Positions 15,826 to 29,255 of a DNA stretch of 44,237 nucleotides are shown here, piece by piece. Made by a program: the position numbers and the translations under genes. The DNA lies in assembly GCA_012031655.1 (NCBI GenBank), contig JAAUUD010000001.1, positions 1 through 44,237 on the forward strand, in the 5' to 3' direction. The DNA is from Anaerolineae bacterium. GTDB lineage: Bacteria; Chloroflexota; Anaerolineae; Aggregatilineales; J027. The stretch's first letter is position 1; every line of letters begins with the position of its first letter. The notes beneath the pieces are model-generated. The model searched no databases and was not told the DNA's origin. It saw only the letters and a program-made list of their open reading frames with translations.

Positions 15826-17922
15826 ATGCTAGATGCCTTCTTCAAACCCAATGCGGTAGCGGTTGTGGGGGCAAGCCGTGACCCGGATAAGCTGGGCTAC
15901 TCCGTCCTCGCCAATATCGTAGAAAGCCGCTTTACTGGCGGCGTTTATCCCATTAATCCCAAAGCAGACAAAATCCTGGGATTTCGTTGCTACCCCGACC
16001 TTCAATCTTTGCCAGAAACGCCTGACCTCGCTGTGATTGTGATCCCCTACCAGCACGTTCCCGTGGCAGTGGAGGAGATCGGCCAGGCAGGGATTAAGGC
16101 TGTGGTGGTCATCAGTGCGGGCTTTCGTGAGGTGGGCCTGGAAGGGCTGGAACGCGAACTGGAAGTGCTGCAGATTGCCAAAAGCTATGGAATGCGCCTG
16201 ATCGGGCCAAACTGCCTGGGTGTGATTGACACGCACACGCCGATCAACGCGACCTTTGCCGCGGGAACCCCACACAGCGGCTCGATTGCCTTTATGAGCC
16301 AATCCGGCGCGCTGGGGACGGCCATTCTGGATATGAGCCTGGCTGGCAAGCGCCTGGGCCTGAGCAAGTTTGTGAGCCTGGGCAACAAAGTGGATGTGGC
16401 CGAGGCCGACCTGTTGCGCTACCTGGCCAACGACGAGACGACCAAGGTGATCCTGGCCTATAGCGAGGGCCTGCCCGATGGTCAGGAGTTTATGGAGGTG
16501 GCGCGCGAGGTGACCCGCAAAAAACCTGTGATCGTGGTCAAAAGCGGCACCACGCAGAGCGGGCAAAAGGCGGTTTCTTCGCACACGGGCAGCTTGGCCG
16601 GGGCAGAGCAAGCCTATAAAGCAGCTTTCTACCAGTCCGGGGTGCTGCGGGCAGAGACCATGCAGGACCTCTTCGACTATGCGCTGGCGTTTGCCTACCA
16701 GCCCTTGCTGCACGGGACGCGCATTGCCATTGTCACCAATGCAGGCGGGCCGGGCATCCTGGCCACCGATGCGCTGGAAAAACGCGGGCTGGAGCTGGCC
16801 CGGCTGGAAAACGAGACCAAACAAACCCTGGAAGCCTTTTTGCCAGGCGCAGCCAGCGCGGCCAACCCGGTCGATGTGCTGGGCGATGCCAAAAACGACC
16901 GCTATCAGTACGCGCTGGAAAAAGTGGCCACGGACCCCAATGTGGATGGCATCCTGGTGATCCTCACCCCGCAGGCGATGACGGAAATCGAGATGACCGC
17001 CCATGCGGTTGGCCAGCTTTCCCAGAAGTTTGATAAGCCGATCCTGGCCAGTTTTATGGGAGAGCACCGGATTGAGCCGGCGGTGGACATCCTGGCGGAG
17101 TATGGCGTGCCGAACTACGACTTCCCCGAACGCGCTGCTGCCGCCTTTGCCGCAATGCGCGATTACCGGGAAGCGCGCGACTTTCCCGCCCGCACCGTGT
17201 CGCGGTTTGAAAGCGATACCGAGAAGATCAAAAGCCTCTTCTTGAAGGTGCGGAACGAAGGGCGTGTTTCGCTGGGCGATGCGGAGTCGCGCGGTATTTT
17301 GGAAGCCTATAACATCCGCATTCCACAGAGCGTGCTGGCACCCAATGCAGCGGCGGCGGTCGAGGCTGCCGGGCAGATTGGCTATCCCGTGGTGCTGAAG
17401 ATCGCCAGCCCGGACATCTTGCACAAAACCGATATCGGCGGCGTGAAGGTGGGGCTGAACAGCGCCAGCGATGTGCGGGATGCCTTTGAACTTATCACCT
17501 ATCGCGCCCAACGGTATGTGCCAGATGCGCGCATCTGGGGCTGCCTGGTGCAGGAGATGGTGCCCAAGGGCATCGAGTTGCTGGTGGGGATGAGCCGCGA
17601 CCCGCAGTTTGGCCCATTGGTGACGTTTGGCCTGGGCGGCATTTATGTTGAAGCGCTGAAGGATGTGACCTTCCGCGTGGCCCCCTTTGGGCGGCGTGAT
17701 GCCGAAGACATGCTCACTGAAATTCGCGGGCGGAGCTTGCTCGAAGGAGTGCGTGGCGAGCCGCCCATTGACAAAGCAGCCGTGGTGGAAACCCTGTTGC
17801 AAATGAGCCAGCTCGTGACCGATTTTCCTGAAATTGTGGAAATGGACATCAACCCGCTGGTCGCTTATGAGGCTGGGCAGGGCGTGTTGGCGCTGGATAT
17901 GCGCCTGGTCTTGAAGTCCTGA
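15826..17922 (+). CDS. Acetyl-CoA synthetase (ADP-forming) / acetate--CoA ligase family, fused alpha-beta
   Basis: CoA-binding N-terminus NAVAVVGASRDPDKLGY, phosphohistidine loop VSSHTGSLAG, and C-terminal ATP-grasp GYPVVLKIASPDILHKTDIGGV. The internal ATG 15826 was chosen. Confidence 0.85.
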   Translation: MLDAFFKPNAVAVVGASRDPDKLGYSVLANIVESRFTGGVYPINPKADKILGFRCYPDLQSLPETPDLAVIVIPYQHVPVAVEEIGQAGIKAVVVISAGFREVGLEGLERELEVLQIAKSYGMRLIGPNCLGVIDTHTPINATFAAGTPHSGSIAFMSQSGALGTAILDMSLAGKRLGLSKFVSLGNKVDVAEADLLRYLANDETTKVILAYSEGLPDGQEFMEVAREVTRKKPVIVVKSGTTQSGQKAVSSHTGSLAGAEQAYKAAFYQSGVLRAETMQDLFDYALAFAYQPLLHGTRIAIVTNAGGPGILATDALEKRGLELARLENETKQTLEAFLPGAASAANPVDVLGDAKNDRYQYALEKVATDPNVDGILVILTPQAMTEIEMTAHAVGQLSQKFDKPILASFMGEHRIEPAVDILAEYGVPNYDFPERAAAAFAAMRDYREARDFPARTVSRFESDTEKIKSLFLKVRNEGRVSLGDAESRGILEAYNIRIPQSVLAPNAAAAVEAAGQIGYPVVLKIASPDILHKTDIGGVKVGLNSASDVRDAFELITYRAQRYVPDARIWGCLVQEMVPKGIELLVGMSRDPQFGPLVTFGLGGIYVEALKDVTFRVAPFGRRDAEDMLTEIRGRSLLEGVRGEPPIDKAAVVETLLQMSQLVTDFPEIVEMDINPLVAYEAGQGVLALDMRLVLKS

Positions 17923-17940
17923 AGTTGCTTAGGAGTGGTT

Positions 17941-21937
<3,997 letters not shown>

Positions 21938-21972
21938 TCGGCAAGAAGCGACGAAGTAGAGAGGAATGGTTG

Positions 21973-22897
21973 ATGGGGCGTTGGCGATGGGCAGGCTTAC
22001 TTGTGGCATTGATGCTCTGCTGGGGGCCGTGCCCCATCACGTTGGCCCAGGGGGGCCTGGCCGATGAAGACCGCGCACTGCTGGAACGAGCCCTGGAAGG
22101 CTTGCGCCTGGCAGACCGCTATCAAAGCTACATCATCACCCTCAGCGAGACCGAAAGCCTCTCGCTGGGGGTGGAGCAGGCAACCGGGCAGGCCACCCTG
22201 GAGCGCACAACCCTGCTGGACGAGACCCGGCAGGTGCAACGCGCCAGCGGATTGGTGGATAGCGTTGCCCGGGTAACCGTTGCCGTCGAGGAAGAAGCCG
22301 GCGGCACACAACGTGATTATGCGCTCGAAGCTGAAGTTCGCGCCGTAGAAGGGACGCTCTACGTCAATGCCAGCTACGTTGAGCCAGGCCCAGCCCTCCC
22401 CCCCGCTGCCCTCAGGCTGGCAGGCGATCAGCAATCCGGCACAGTTTGCCTCATTAGCAGCCCTGGACCTGGCAGCCCGCCAGAACGTCGCCGAAGACCT
22501 GCTGCCTAACCCGTTGCTGGCAGTCGATTTTGGGCAGTTGGCGCAATGGGTGAGCACGGTTCGCCTGATCGAGGAATCCAGCACGGATGGTGGCGTGGTC
22601 CAGACTATTGCCTTTGAGTTGCGCGGGGCCGGGCTGACGGCGCTTTTGCAGGCCACCCAGCCTGCAACCGCAACGCTCAGCGGAGCCGTGGCAGAAGGGC
22701 TATCGCCAGAAAGCCTGGCGCGCTATGTGGTGGCAGTGGACCTGGAAGGCCGCCTCTTGAGCGGGAGCGTGCAGCTCGAGCTGCACAGTGAGGCTACCCT
22801 GGAAGACGGCTCTGTGCTGCGCCTGCGCCTGGAACATAGCCAGGAAGCGTTATACAGCGAGATCAACCAGCCGCAGGACCCTATCGAGGCACCCTAA
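21973..22897 (+). CDS. Secreted hypothetical protein (~308 aa), frameshifted in C7 run 22398-22404
   Basis: Signal peptide MGRWRWAGLLVALMLCWGPCPITLAQG. ORFs 21970..22509 and 22367..22897 join as ..YVEPGPALPP|LPSGWQAISNPAQF.. if C7 is C6. No family recognised. Confidence 0.5.
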
Positions 22898-22901
22898 GGG
22901 G

Positions 22902-23486
22902 CTATTCGTCCATATATTCCAGGTCAGAACGTTCGTAGGGGGACTGATCTTCCTCAATTTGCCGCATGATGCTGCGGCGGTTGCTGGGCCGCCCGGTGGG
23001 AACGCTGGATTGTACTTCGAGTTGATCGGCGCTGGCCTGGCTCAGTTGCGGTGTGGCGCAGGCGGGGCAAAGATTCCAGTTGAGCTCCAGCAGGTAGCCG
23101 CAGTGATGGCAAACCCGCTTGAGGCGCGTGTGGCAAAAGGGGCACACTTGCCACGCGTGCTTAACGCCGCGTGCACAACCGGGGCAATGCGGTTTTTCTT
23201 CGATCTCCTGAAGCAGGGCTTCTTCTTCTAGCGAGCGTTCATAGGCATCCGCCAGGGTTTCGCGCGGGCGCAGCAGCAAATACACCATGATGCCAAAGGC
23301 TGGCAGGGCGAAAACCAGCAGGGTCGCCGCGATTTGTGCCAATGGATCGCGCGAGCGTGCGCGCATATCCTGCCAGGTCCACAGCGTCAGGCCGAACCAG
23401 AGCGCCGAGAGGCCCGCGCCCAGTGCGGTAACGCTGAATAGTACGAGGTCATTCAGGGTTTGATCGTCCATGAGGGTTCCATGCAT
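22902..23486 (-). CDS. Membrane protein with PLD-nuclease-N-terminal-like (PLDc_N) TM pair and a cytoplasmic double zinc ribbon
   Basis: Two TM helices flank WTWQDMRARSRDP and ..MVYLLLRP. Four CxxC pairs are present (CPGC, CPFC, CHHC, CPAC). Confidence 0.6.
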   Translation of the reverse strand: MHGTLMDDQTLNDLVLFSVTALGAGLSALWFGLTLWTWQDMRARSRDPLAQIAATLLVFALPAFGIMVYLLLRPRETLADAYERSLEEEALLQEIEEKPHCPGCARGVKHAWQVCPFCHTRLKRVCHHCGYLLELNWNLCPACATPQLSQASADQLEVQSSVPTGRPSNRRSIMRQIEEDQSPYERSDLEYMDE

Positions 23487-23544
23487 GAATATGTGCTATC
23501 CGCGCGGAGCAGTATAGCATGAGGCACCATGCAGCCACAACCGC

Positions 23545-23550
23545 TATAAT
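23545..23550 (+). promoter_or_regulatory. -10 box TATAAT 6 nt upstream of the radC ATG (possible leaderless transcript)
   Basis: ccGCTATAATcagcccATG. There is no Shine-Dalgarno sequence between the box and the start. Confidence 0.35.
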
Positions 23551-23556
23551 CAGCCC

Positions 23557-24231
23557 ATGCTCAACCCCGACCCGCTTCCCCTAGGCCCCTATCAGCGCTT
23601 GATGCAGCAGGGCGCCAGCGCGTTAAGCAACGCTGAATTGCTGGCGGTTTTGCTGCGGAGTGGTCAGGGGGAGGTCGATGCCAGCCTGCTGGGGGCACAG
23701 GTGCTAACGCGGTTGGGGGGGCTTGGTGGGCTAGCGCGGGCCACCCTGCCGGACCTGCTGACGCTGGAGCAGCTATCCCCGGCCAAAGTGGCGTTGCTGG
23801 CCGCCGCAACGGAGCTTGCGCGGCGGATGACCAGCGTCCAGGCGCCGCCCCCGCAGCGCGTTTTTGGCGCAGAGGATGCCGCACGGTTGGTGAGCGCCGA
23901 AATGGAGACCCTGAAGCAAGAACACTTCCGGGTGATTTTGCTGGATGTTCATCGCCAGGTGATGGCCATCCCGACCATTTACATCGGTAGCTTGCAGATG
24001 ACGGTCGTTCGCCCGGCGGAGGTGTTTCGGGAGGCCATCGTGCGGAACTGTGCAGCGCTGGTGCTGGTCCACAATCACCCCTCGGGTGACCCCACCCCCT
24101 CGCGGGCAGACCTGGAAGTCACCCAGGAACTCATTGTGGCGGGGCGTTTGCTGGATATCCTGGTGCTGGATCATGTTATCATCGGGCATGGCAGGTGGGT
24201 GTCGCTACGCGAGGTTGGGGTGGTGTTTTAG
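23557..24231 (+). CDS. radC: RadC-family JAB/MPN-domain protein
   Basis: N-terminal HhH-like ELLAVLLRSG and the JAMM motif LVHNHPSGDPTPSRADLEVT. Confidence 0.9.
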   Translation: MLNPDPLPLGPYQRLMQQGASALSNAELLAVLLRSGQGEVDASLLGAQVLTRLGGLGGLARATLPDLLTLEQLSPAKVALLAAATELARRMTSVQAPPPQRVFGAEDAARLVSAEMETLKQEHFRVILLDVHRQVMAIPTIYIGSLQMTVVRPAEVFREAIVRNCAALVLVHNHPSGDPTPSRADLEVTQELIVAGRLLDILVLDHVIIGHGRWVSLREVGVVF

Positions 24232-25504
24232 CCGGTTTCTCCATAGAGCGAGACTTCCCCAATAAAAACCTCATAAGCGTGACCCGAAACATAGAACTTG
24301 ATCTGCTTGATGCGGGTCGGCTGGTAGTTTTCAGGCAGTTCCAGCAGGTCAGAAGATTCGAAGGTGTACCAGTTATCTGCATTGATGCGGATGTGCTCGC
24401 TGATGCACGAGGCGCAGGTGGTGCGGTTCACCGGAAAGCCCGGCAACTCAATGGCGTAAAAGCCCTGGTACCACCAGGGTTGTTCCACGCCTTTTTCGTT
24501 CTCATAGATGATCTCGATCATGAGCGGGCATTCGCTGGCTTCCACCCCGCACAGGCTGATGGACTGGCCGCTGATTTTGAGCTTAGCGCGCACGTGCAGT
24601 TCCCGAAAGCGCGAAACATCTAGCCCGCCCCCACCAAAGGCACGCAGACACGAAACCTCACTGGGACCCAGGTCGGCTACGGCGGCGCGCTCCTGGCGCA
24701 AAACGTGCATCACGGGGCGGCCATCCACCACTTGCAGCGTATAGGCGCCGCGTGGCGTGCCGGTGGCGTTGCAACCCCAGTTGCCGCCCTGCGGCAGGTT
24801 CGTGCCGCTGGTGTCTGTGAAGCGGGCTACGGCAAGCTCCTGGCGTGTGCTGGCGATATCGGCCAGGATGCGGCGGCTATCCACACGGCTGTAAAGCCAG
24901 GTGGAACAGGGGTCAGGTTGCCCATCAAAGGCTTGATGCTCCCCTCATTATCGCGGGCGTAAACGGTGGTGGCCTCGCGCGTGTCGGTGATGATGTACAG
25001 GCCGGGCTGGCTCAGCCGGACTTCTGCATGGGTGCCTCGGGCGCGCAGTTCAAAAGGATGGTTGATATCTGGCGCGATTTCGACCTCAATCTGCCCGCTC
25101 AGGCGGTCCAGGCGGATTTCGTAGGCGGTCTCGTTGACCTTAAAGCGCGGGCGTTCGGTGGAAACCAGGCGTACCTGGCTGTTGGGCATCAGGGTCACGT
25201 TTGCCACCACCAGCTGACTCCGGCTGCTATCCACAAAGACCAGATTGGCCTGGCCGTTGGCATCAGTGGAAAGCTGGTCGCGCCAGTCGATGTTGCGCCG
25301 AAAGCGCTCTGCCTGCTGCACGCCGCCGTTGGCATCCTGAATGCCTACCGTGCCGCGCCCCACATGGACTTCCGTACGAAGGGCCGCTGTGGAAACGAAA
25401 ACAAACCACCAACTCAGGCCCAGCGTGGCGGCGGTGAGCACCAGACAAGCCACTTGGGCGCCAATCAGGGTAATCCAGGCGGTGCGCTCGGGAGAAGTAA
25501 ACAT
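24228..25504 (-). CDS. Membrane-anchored FecR-like protein with an uncharacterised Cys-containing beta-rich C-terminal domain; frameshift near 24893-24895
   Basis: N-terminal TM ([28 protein letters not shown]). FecR-like stretch [48 protein letters not shown]. ORFs 24827..25504 and 24228..24884 join as ..LTPVPPGF|[13 protein letters not shown]... Confidence 0.5.
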
Positions 25505-25787
25505 CAGTGGGTGATCCTGAAGTCGGCGTATTGGCTGCTGGCAGCCTCCCAGCGCGGTTGGACCGACTCAACCTGGGCTGCGGCAGGGCCCCTCTGCCAG
25601 CAAAGGTCAGCAAGCGCTCCAGCGCCGCACGAGGACCCTCGGCCAGCACTTCTACCGTGCCATCGGGCCGGTTACGGACCCAGCCCGTCAGGTTGAGTTG
25701 TTGTGCGGTCTGTTGGGTTGTGGCGCGAAAGCTAACCCCCTGGACGCGCCCATGAACCAGGGCATGTAGCCGTTCCACGAAAAGCAC
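25504..25787 (-). CDS. acyP: Acylphosphatase (frameshift at C4/G4 run 25589-25592)
   Basis: [42 protein letters not shown] is the acylphosphatase signature. With one G added the C-terminus reads ..[33 protein letters not shown]. The stop overlaps the next start (TGATG). The start (GTG 25787 or TTG 25832) is uncertain. Confidence 0.75.
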
Positions 25788-25836
25788 CTTTCCACTTTCT
25801 GATGAGATGTATTTTTGCGTGCTTGGGGGCAAAAGA

Positions 25837-25857
25837 CAAGGGGCGTAAAGCCCCCTG
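25837..25857 (-). terminator. Putative intrinsic terminator after the HEAT-repeat gene
   Basis: On the minus strand the sequence is CAGGGGGC-TTTAC-GCCCCTTG followed by TCTTTTG. The hairpin has a 5-bp GC core plus 2 outer pairs. Confidence 0.4.
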
Positions 25858-25887
25858 CCGCGTGAAGGTTAGGCAACCGCAGGCGAA

Positions 25888-26937
25888 TCAGTCGAAGTAG
25901 GCATCCAGATCGTCATCTTCGTCGTCTTCGTCATCCTCGTAGACCAGCATATCAAAGTCGTCTGCGATGTCCGTCATGATGGTGGCCATACCCAGGGCTT
26001 CTTCGATGGCTTCGCTCAGTTCTTCGTCGCCTGCATCCTCGGCATGGGCCTCGAGCTGCGTCAGGATGTCGACGGCTTTTTCGCCACCGATTTCGCCCAG
26101 CGCCCAGATGGCGGCCTCCTGAATTTCGCGGTCGTCGCTGTAGACAAAGTCGCTGAGTTTTTCTACCGCTTCGCGCACCCCTACGGCACCCGCCGCGCGG
26201 ACCGCCTCGAAGACGATCTGGGGTTGTTCGCTATCGAGTTCCGCCAGGATGATCTGGCTCCACATGGCGTCACAGGTGTTGCCCATGGCATTAATCGCAC
26301 TGACCTTCATGGGCAGATCCGGGTGGGTGTAGGCGCGCTTGATGAGGTCGATGATGCCTGGTCGCGAGCAGTGCGAAAGCGCCTCCAGGGCGCGGCGTTG
26401 CACATCCAGGCTTTGGGTATTGTCCTCGTGCAGGCGCAGCGCCAGTTCCTCTACCGGGACGGTGTTTTCGTGGTTGAGGTCTTCCACCTCGCCCAGGTAG
26501 ATAAACTTACCCAACTGCTGGATGGCAGCGGCACGAACCTCTGGCAGCGCATCGCGGGTGGCCATGTCCATCAGGTGGTGCATGGTCTCCAGGCTTTCGT
26601 CCGCCCAGCCTGCCTGAATGGCTGCCAGGCGTACTTCGTGGTCAGGATCGGCGTAGCCCAGGCGGGCAAACTCGTTGTAATCCACCGAAAAATCGACCTC
26701 GCTGACCTCGGCCAGATGTTGCATCACCTGACGGCGCCGATCGGCGGGCAGGGCGAGCCAGTCCGGGCGGATGGCTTCCAGATCAGCTTGCAGCACGTTC
26801 GAGAAGCCGAAGACCACGGCGGGCGAGGCGATCGTTTCTTGCTGGGCTTGCAGGGCGCGCAGGGCATCCTGCACGGTGTAGCGGTTGTTCTCCGGCAGGT
26901 CATTATAGGCGTCATCAAGCATTGGATCGTTGGTCAT
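25888..26937 (-). CDS. HEAT-repeat (PBS-lyase HEAT-like) protein with a poly-acidic C-terminal tail
   Basis: Repeated ..VR.AAI.ALG.. units (EVRLAAIQAGW, EVRAAAIQQLG, VSAINAMGN, EAVRAAGAVG, EIQEAAIWALGEIGG). The tail is YEDDEDDEDDDLDAYFD. ATG 26937 is preceded by AGAGGAGAGGA. Confidence 0.6.
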   Translation of the reverse strand: MTNDPMLDDAYNDLPENNRYTVQDALRALQAQQETIASPAVVFGFSNVLQADLEAIRPDWLALPADRRRQVMQHLAEVSEVDFSVDYNEFARLGYADPDHEVRLAAIQAGWADESLETMHHLMDMATRDALPEVRAAAIQQLGKFIYLGEVEDLNHENTVPVEELALRLHEDNTQSLDVQRRALEALSHCSRPGIIDLIKRAYTHPDLPMKVSAINAMGNTCDAMWSQIILAELDSEQPQIVFEAVRAAGAVGVREAVEKLSDFVYSDDREIQEAAIWALGEIGGEKAVDILTQLEAHAEDAGDEELSEAIEEALGMATIMTDIADDFDMLVYEDDEDDEDDDLDAYFD

Positions 26938-27059
26938 CGTCCTCTCCTCTTTGTGACATGACACAAGTTATTGATTCTCCCCGGCTGGGCACAGGGTCAG
27001 GCGGGCTAAAGGGTACGGGTTGGGTAACGCGAGCCACCTTGCTCCTGCACGCGGCATGG

Positions 27060-28451
27060 CTAAGGGGTAAGCGAAATTGGGTTCACCAGATCGTTGATGA
27101 TGAGCACCACCGCCAGCGAAAGCAGCAAGCCCAGGCCAATCAGGTGCACCACGCCTTCGCGTTCCGGGGCCATGGGTTTGCCGCGTACGATCTCCACCAG
27201 CGCGAACAGGATGCGCCCCCCATCCAGCCCGGGGATGGGCAACAGGTTGGTGATGGCCAGGGCAATGCTAATCAGCGCGGCAAACTCGATCACCGTCTGG
27301 TAGGGGTAGTTTTCGATGATATCCCCGCCAATTTGCGAAACCCCCACCACGCTCACCGGGCGGGCTTCTTCGGCGGTCAGGTTGCCCTCAATGAGTTCGC
27401 CCGGGATGCTCACCAGCACACGGATGGCATTGGTGAAGTTATTGACCGCATATTCGGCGGCTTCGGGCAGGCTCATGCGGTAGGTGTAGGTTTCCAGGTT
27501 GCGGTCGTCCAGGGTCAGGCCCAGGTCCGCGTAGTTAAACATGCCCCATTGGCTGAGTGAGATGCCAATGCGGACGCTATTGGTGTCTTCAAAGTAGATG
27601 GGCGTCACGGGGATGTCGATCAACTCGCCGTTGCGCCGTACTGTCATCACAATTTCCTGGTCGCGGTTGTTTTCGGTCAGGTCGCGCAGGGTGGGGAAGT
27701 CTTCGATGGGGGTGTCATTCACCGCCACGATAATATCCAGGCTTTGCAAACCGGCTACTTCTGCCGGGGAACCGGCCTGGGCTTCTTCAATGGCCAGGAC
27801 GGGCGTAACTTCGACCGTTTCGGTTGGGGTCAGGGTCAGCTCCAACGTTTCATCGCCACGCTGCACGGTCAGCGCGATGGGTTGGGTTGCGCCTTCAGTG
27901 GCTTCCACAAAGTCAAAGCCCAGTTCCACCGCCTGGCCGTTCACTTGTGTGATCACGTCGCCGGGTTGCAGGCCGCTGGCGGCGGCAGGCGTATCGGGCA
28001 GCACCTCAATTATGGTGGTGTCGGAGCGATCTGCCAGCAAGCCGGTGGCCGCCACGGCAAAGAAAAGGACAATCGCCGCCAGGAAGTTAGCCAGCGGCCC
28101 CGCAAAGAGAAACCAGATTTTGGCCAGCGGGCTGGCTTCAAAAACGCTCTTGGCGTTAGCCAGGCCAACGCGCTCCAACCGCTCGCGCGAAGGCTCCATT
28201 TCTTCTTCGGTTTGGGGTTTCACGAAGTCCTCGCCATAGGGCATCACGAACCCACCCAATGGCACCCAGTTGAGCGTGAAATCGGTTTCGCCCCAGCGAA
28301 ACAGCTTCAGCGCGCGGGGTGGAAAGCCAATTCCAAATTCCAGCACGGCAATCCCGACCGATTTACAGGCGAGCAAGTGCCCGAACTCGTGAATCACGAT
28401 CAACGGAATCAGGATGATGCCAAACGCCATCAGGATGAAAAACAAATCCAT
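27060..28451 (-). CDS. rseP: RIP metalloprotease RseP (site-2 protease, M50 family) with PDZ domains
   Basis: HEFGHLLACK (HExxH) in TM1, PDZ-like GLQPGDVITQVNGQ and GLQSLDIIVAVND, and the C-terminal NLLPIPGLDGG motif. Confidence 0.9.
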   Translation of the reverse strand: MDLFFILMAFGIILIPLIVIHEFGHLLACKSVGIAVLEFGIGFPPRALKLFRWGETDFTLNWVPLGGFVMPYGEDFVKPQTEEEMEPSRERLERVGLANAKSVFEASPLAKIWFLFAGPLANFLAAIVLFFAVAATGLLADRSDTTIIEVLPDTPAAASGLQPGDVITQVNGQAVELGFDFVEATEGATQPIALTVQRGDETLELTLTPTETVEVTPVLAIEEAQAGSPAEVAGLQSLDIIVAVNDTPIEDFPTLRDLTENNRDQEIVMTVRRNGELIDIPVTPIYFEDTNSVRIGISLSQWGMFNYADLGLTLDDRNLETYTYRMSLPEAAEYAVNNFTNAIRVLVSIPGELIEGNLTAEEARPVSVVGVSQIGGDIIENYPYQTVIEFAALISIALAITNLLPIPGLDGGRILFALVEIVRGKPMAPEREGVVHLIGLGLLLSLAVVLIINDLVNPISLTP

Positions 28452-28615
28452 AGTGCAGCTAACCCCATACAACAAAAAGGCGCTCATCGCCTTGACGATG
28501 ACGCCTACCCAAGACTTACCCGATTATACGGTGGGGGTCAAGGGAGTGGCAAGGCAAGTGGGTATAAATCGCATTAGAGTTCTGGTGTCGTTTATCGGTC
28601 GTCCCCAGAACGCGC

Positions 28616-28621
28616 TACAAT
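28616..28621 (+). promoter_or_regulatory. -10-like box TACAAT (gcGCTACAATcg) ~40 nt upstream of the HD-hydrolase gene
   Basis: The same GCTA(C/T)A(A/C)T motif is seen at 23543-23550, 33792-33799 and 40245-40252. Confidence 0.3.
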
Positions 28622-28661
28622 CGCCAGGAGCTGGTTCACGTAAACAAAGGGCATTAGGTTG

Positions 28662-29252
28662 ATGGATGCGGACCGTCTGACGCAACAACTGGCGTTTCTG
28701 GTGGAAATCGACAAGCTCAAGGGCATCATCCGGCGGACGCATCTCATCGGCGTGGAGCGCTTCGAGAACACCGCCGAGCATAGCTGGCACCTGGCCATGG
28801 GCGTGCTGGTGCTATCAGAATACGCAGATGAAGCCGTGGATGTGATGCACGTTCTGCAGATGGTGTTGGTTCATGACATCGTGGAAATTGACGCAGGCGA
28901 CACCTATGCCTATGATCCTGCGGCGGTGGCGCTCCAGGCGGAACATGAACAACGCGCTGCGGAGCGGCTTTTCGGGCTGTTGCCAGCGGACCAGGCGGCG
29001 CACTTTCGGGCACTGTGGGATGAGTTTGAAGCCTACACCAGCGCCGATGCGCGCTTTGCCAGGGCGATTGACCGCCTGATGCCCCTGCTGCACAACTTTT
29101 ACACCGAGGGGCGCGCCTGGCAGGAACACGGCATACGGCGCGCCCAGGTGATGGCCTTGCAAGGCCGCATCGGTGAGATTTCGGGCCCCTTGTGGGACTA
29201 CGCCCAGGGCTTGATCGATGAGGCCGTGCGGCGGGGTTATCTGGCGGAATAG
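28662..29252 (+). CDS. HD-domain hydrolase (YfbR-like 5'-nucleotidase family)
   Basis: RFENTAEHSWHLAM .. LVHDIVEIDAGDTYAYD gives the H..HD..D metal-binding pattern of YfbR-type HD proteins. Confidence 0.75.
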   Translation: MDADRLTQQLAFLVEIDKLKGIIRRTHLIGVERFENTAEHSWHLAMGVLVLSEYADEAVDVMHVLQMVLVHDIVEIDAGDTYAYDPAAVALQAEHEQRAAERLFGLLPADQAAHFRALWDEFEAYTSADARFARAIDRLMPLLHNFYTEGRAWQEHGIRRAQVMALQGRIGEISGPLWDYAQGLIDEAVRRGYLAE

Positions 29253-29255
29253 CGC

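Noticed and set aside
15829-17802. Very long ORFs antisense to well-supported genes, e.g. 15829..17802(-), 1380..2048(-), 3685..4503(-), 5846..6865(-), 9469..10494(-), 17958..18872(-), 19400..20371(-), 20798..22009(-), 26044..26961(+), 27744..28577(+), 31196..32398(-), 36274..37362(+), 37365..38225(-), 40510..42060(-).
   Set aside because: Their translations are Arg/Gly/Pro/His-rich with no recognisable motifs. They mirror genes with strong family signatures on the other strand. Long stop-free shadow frames are expected in GC-rich DNA.
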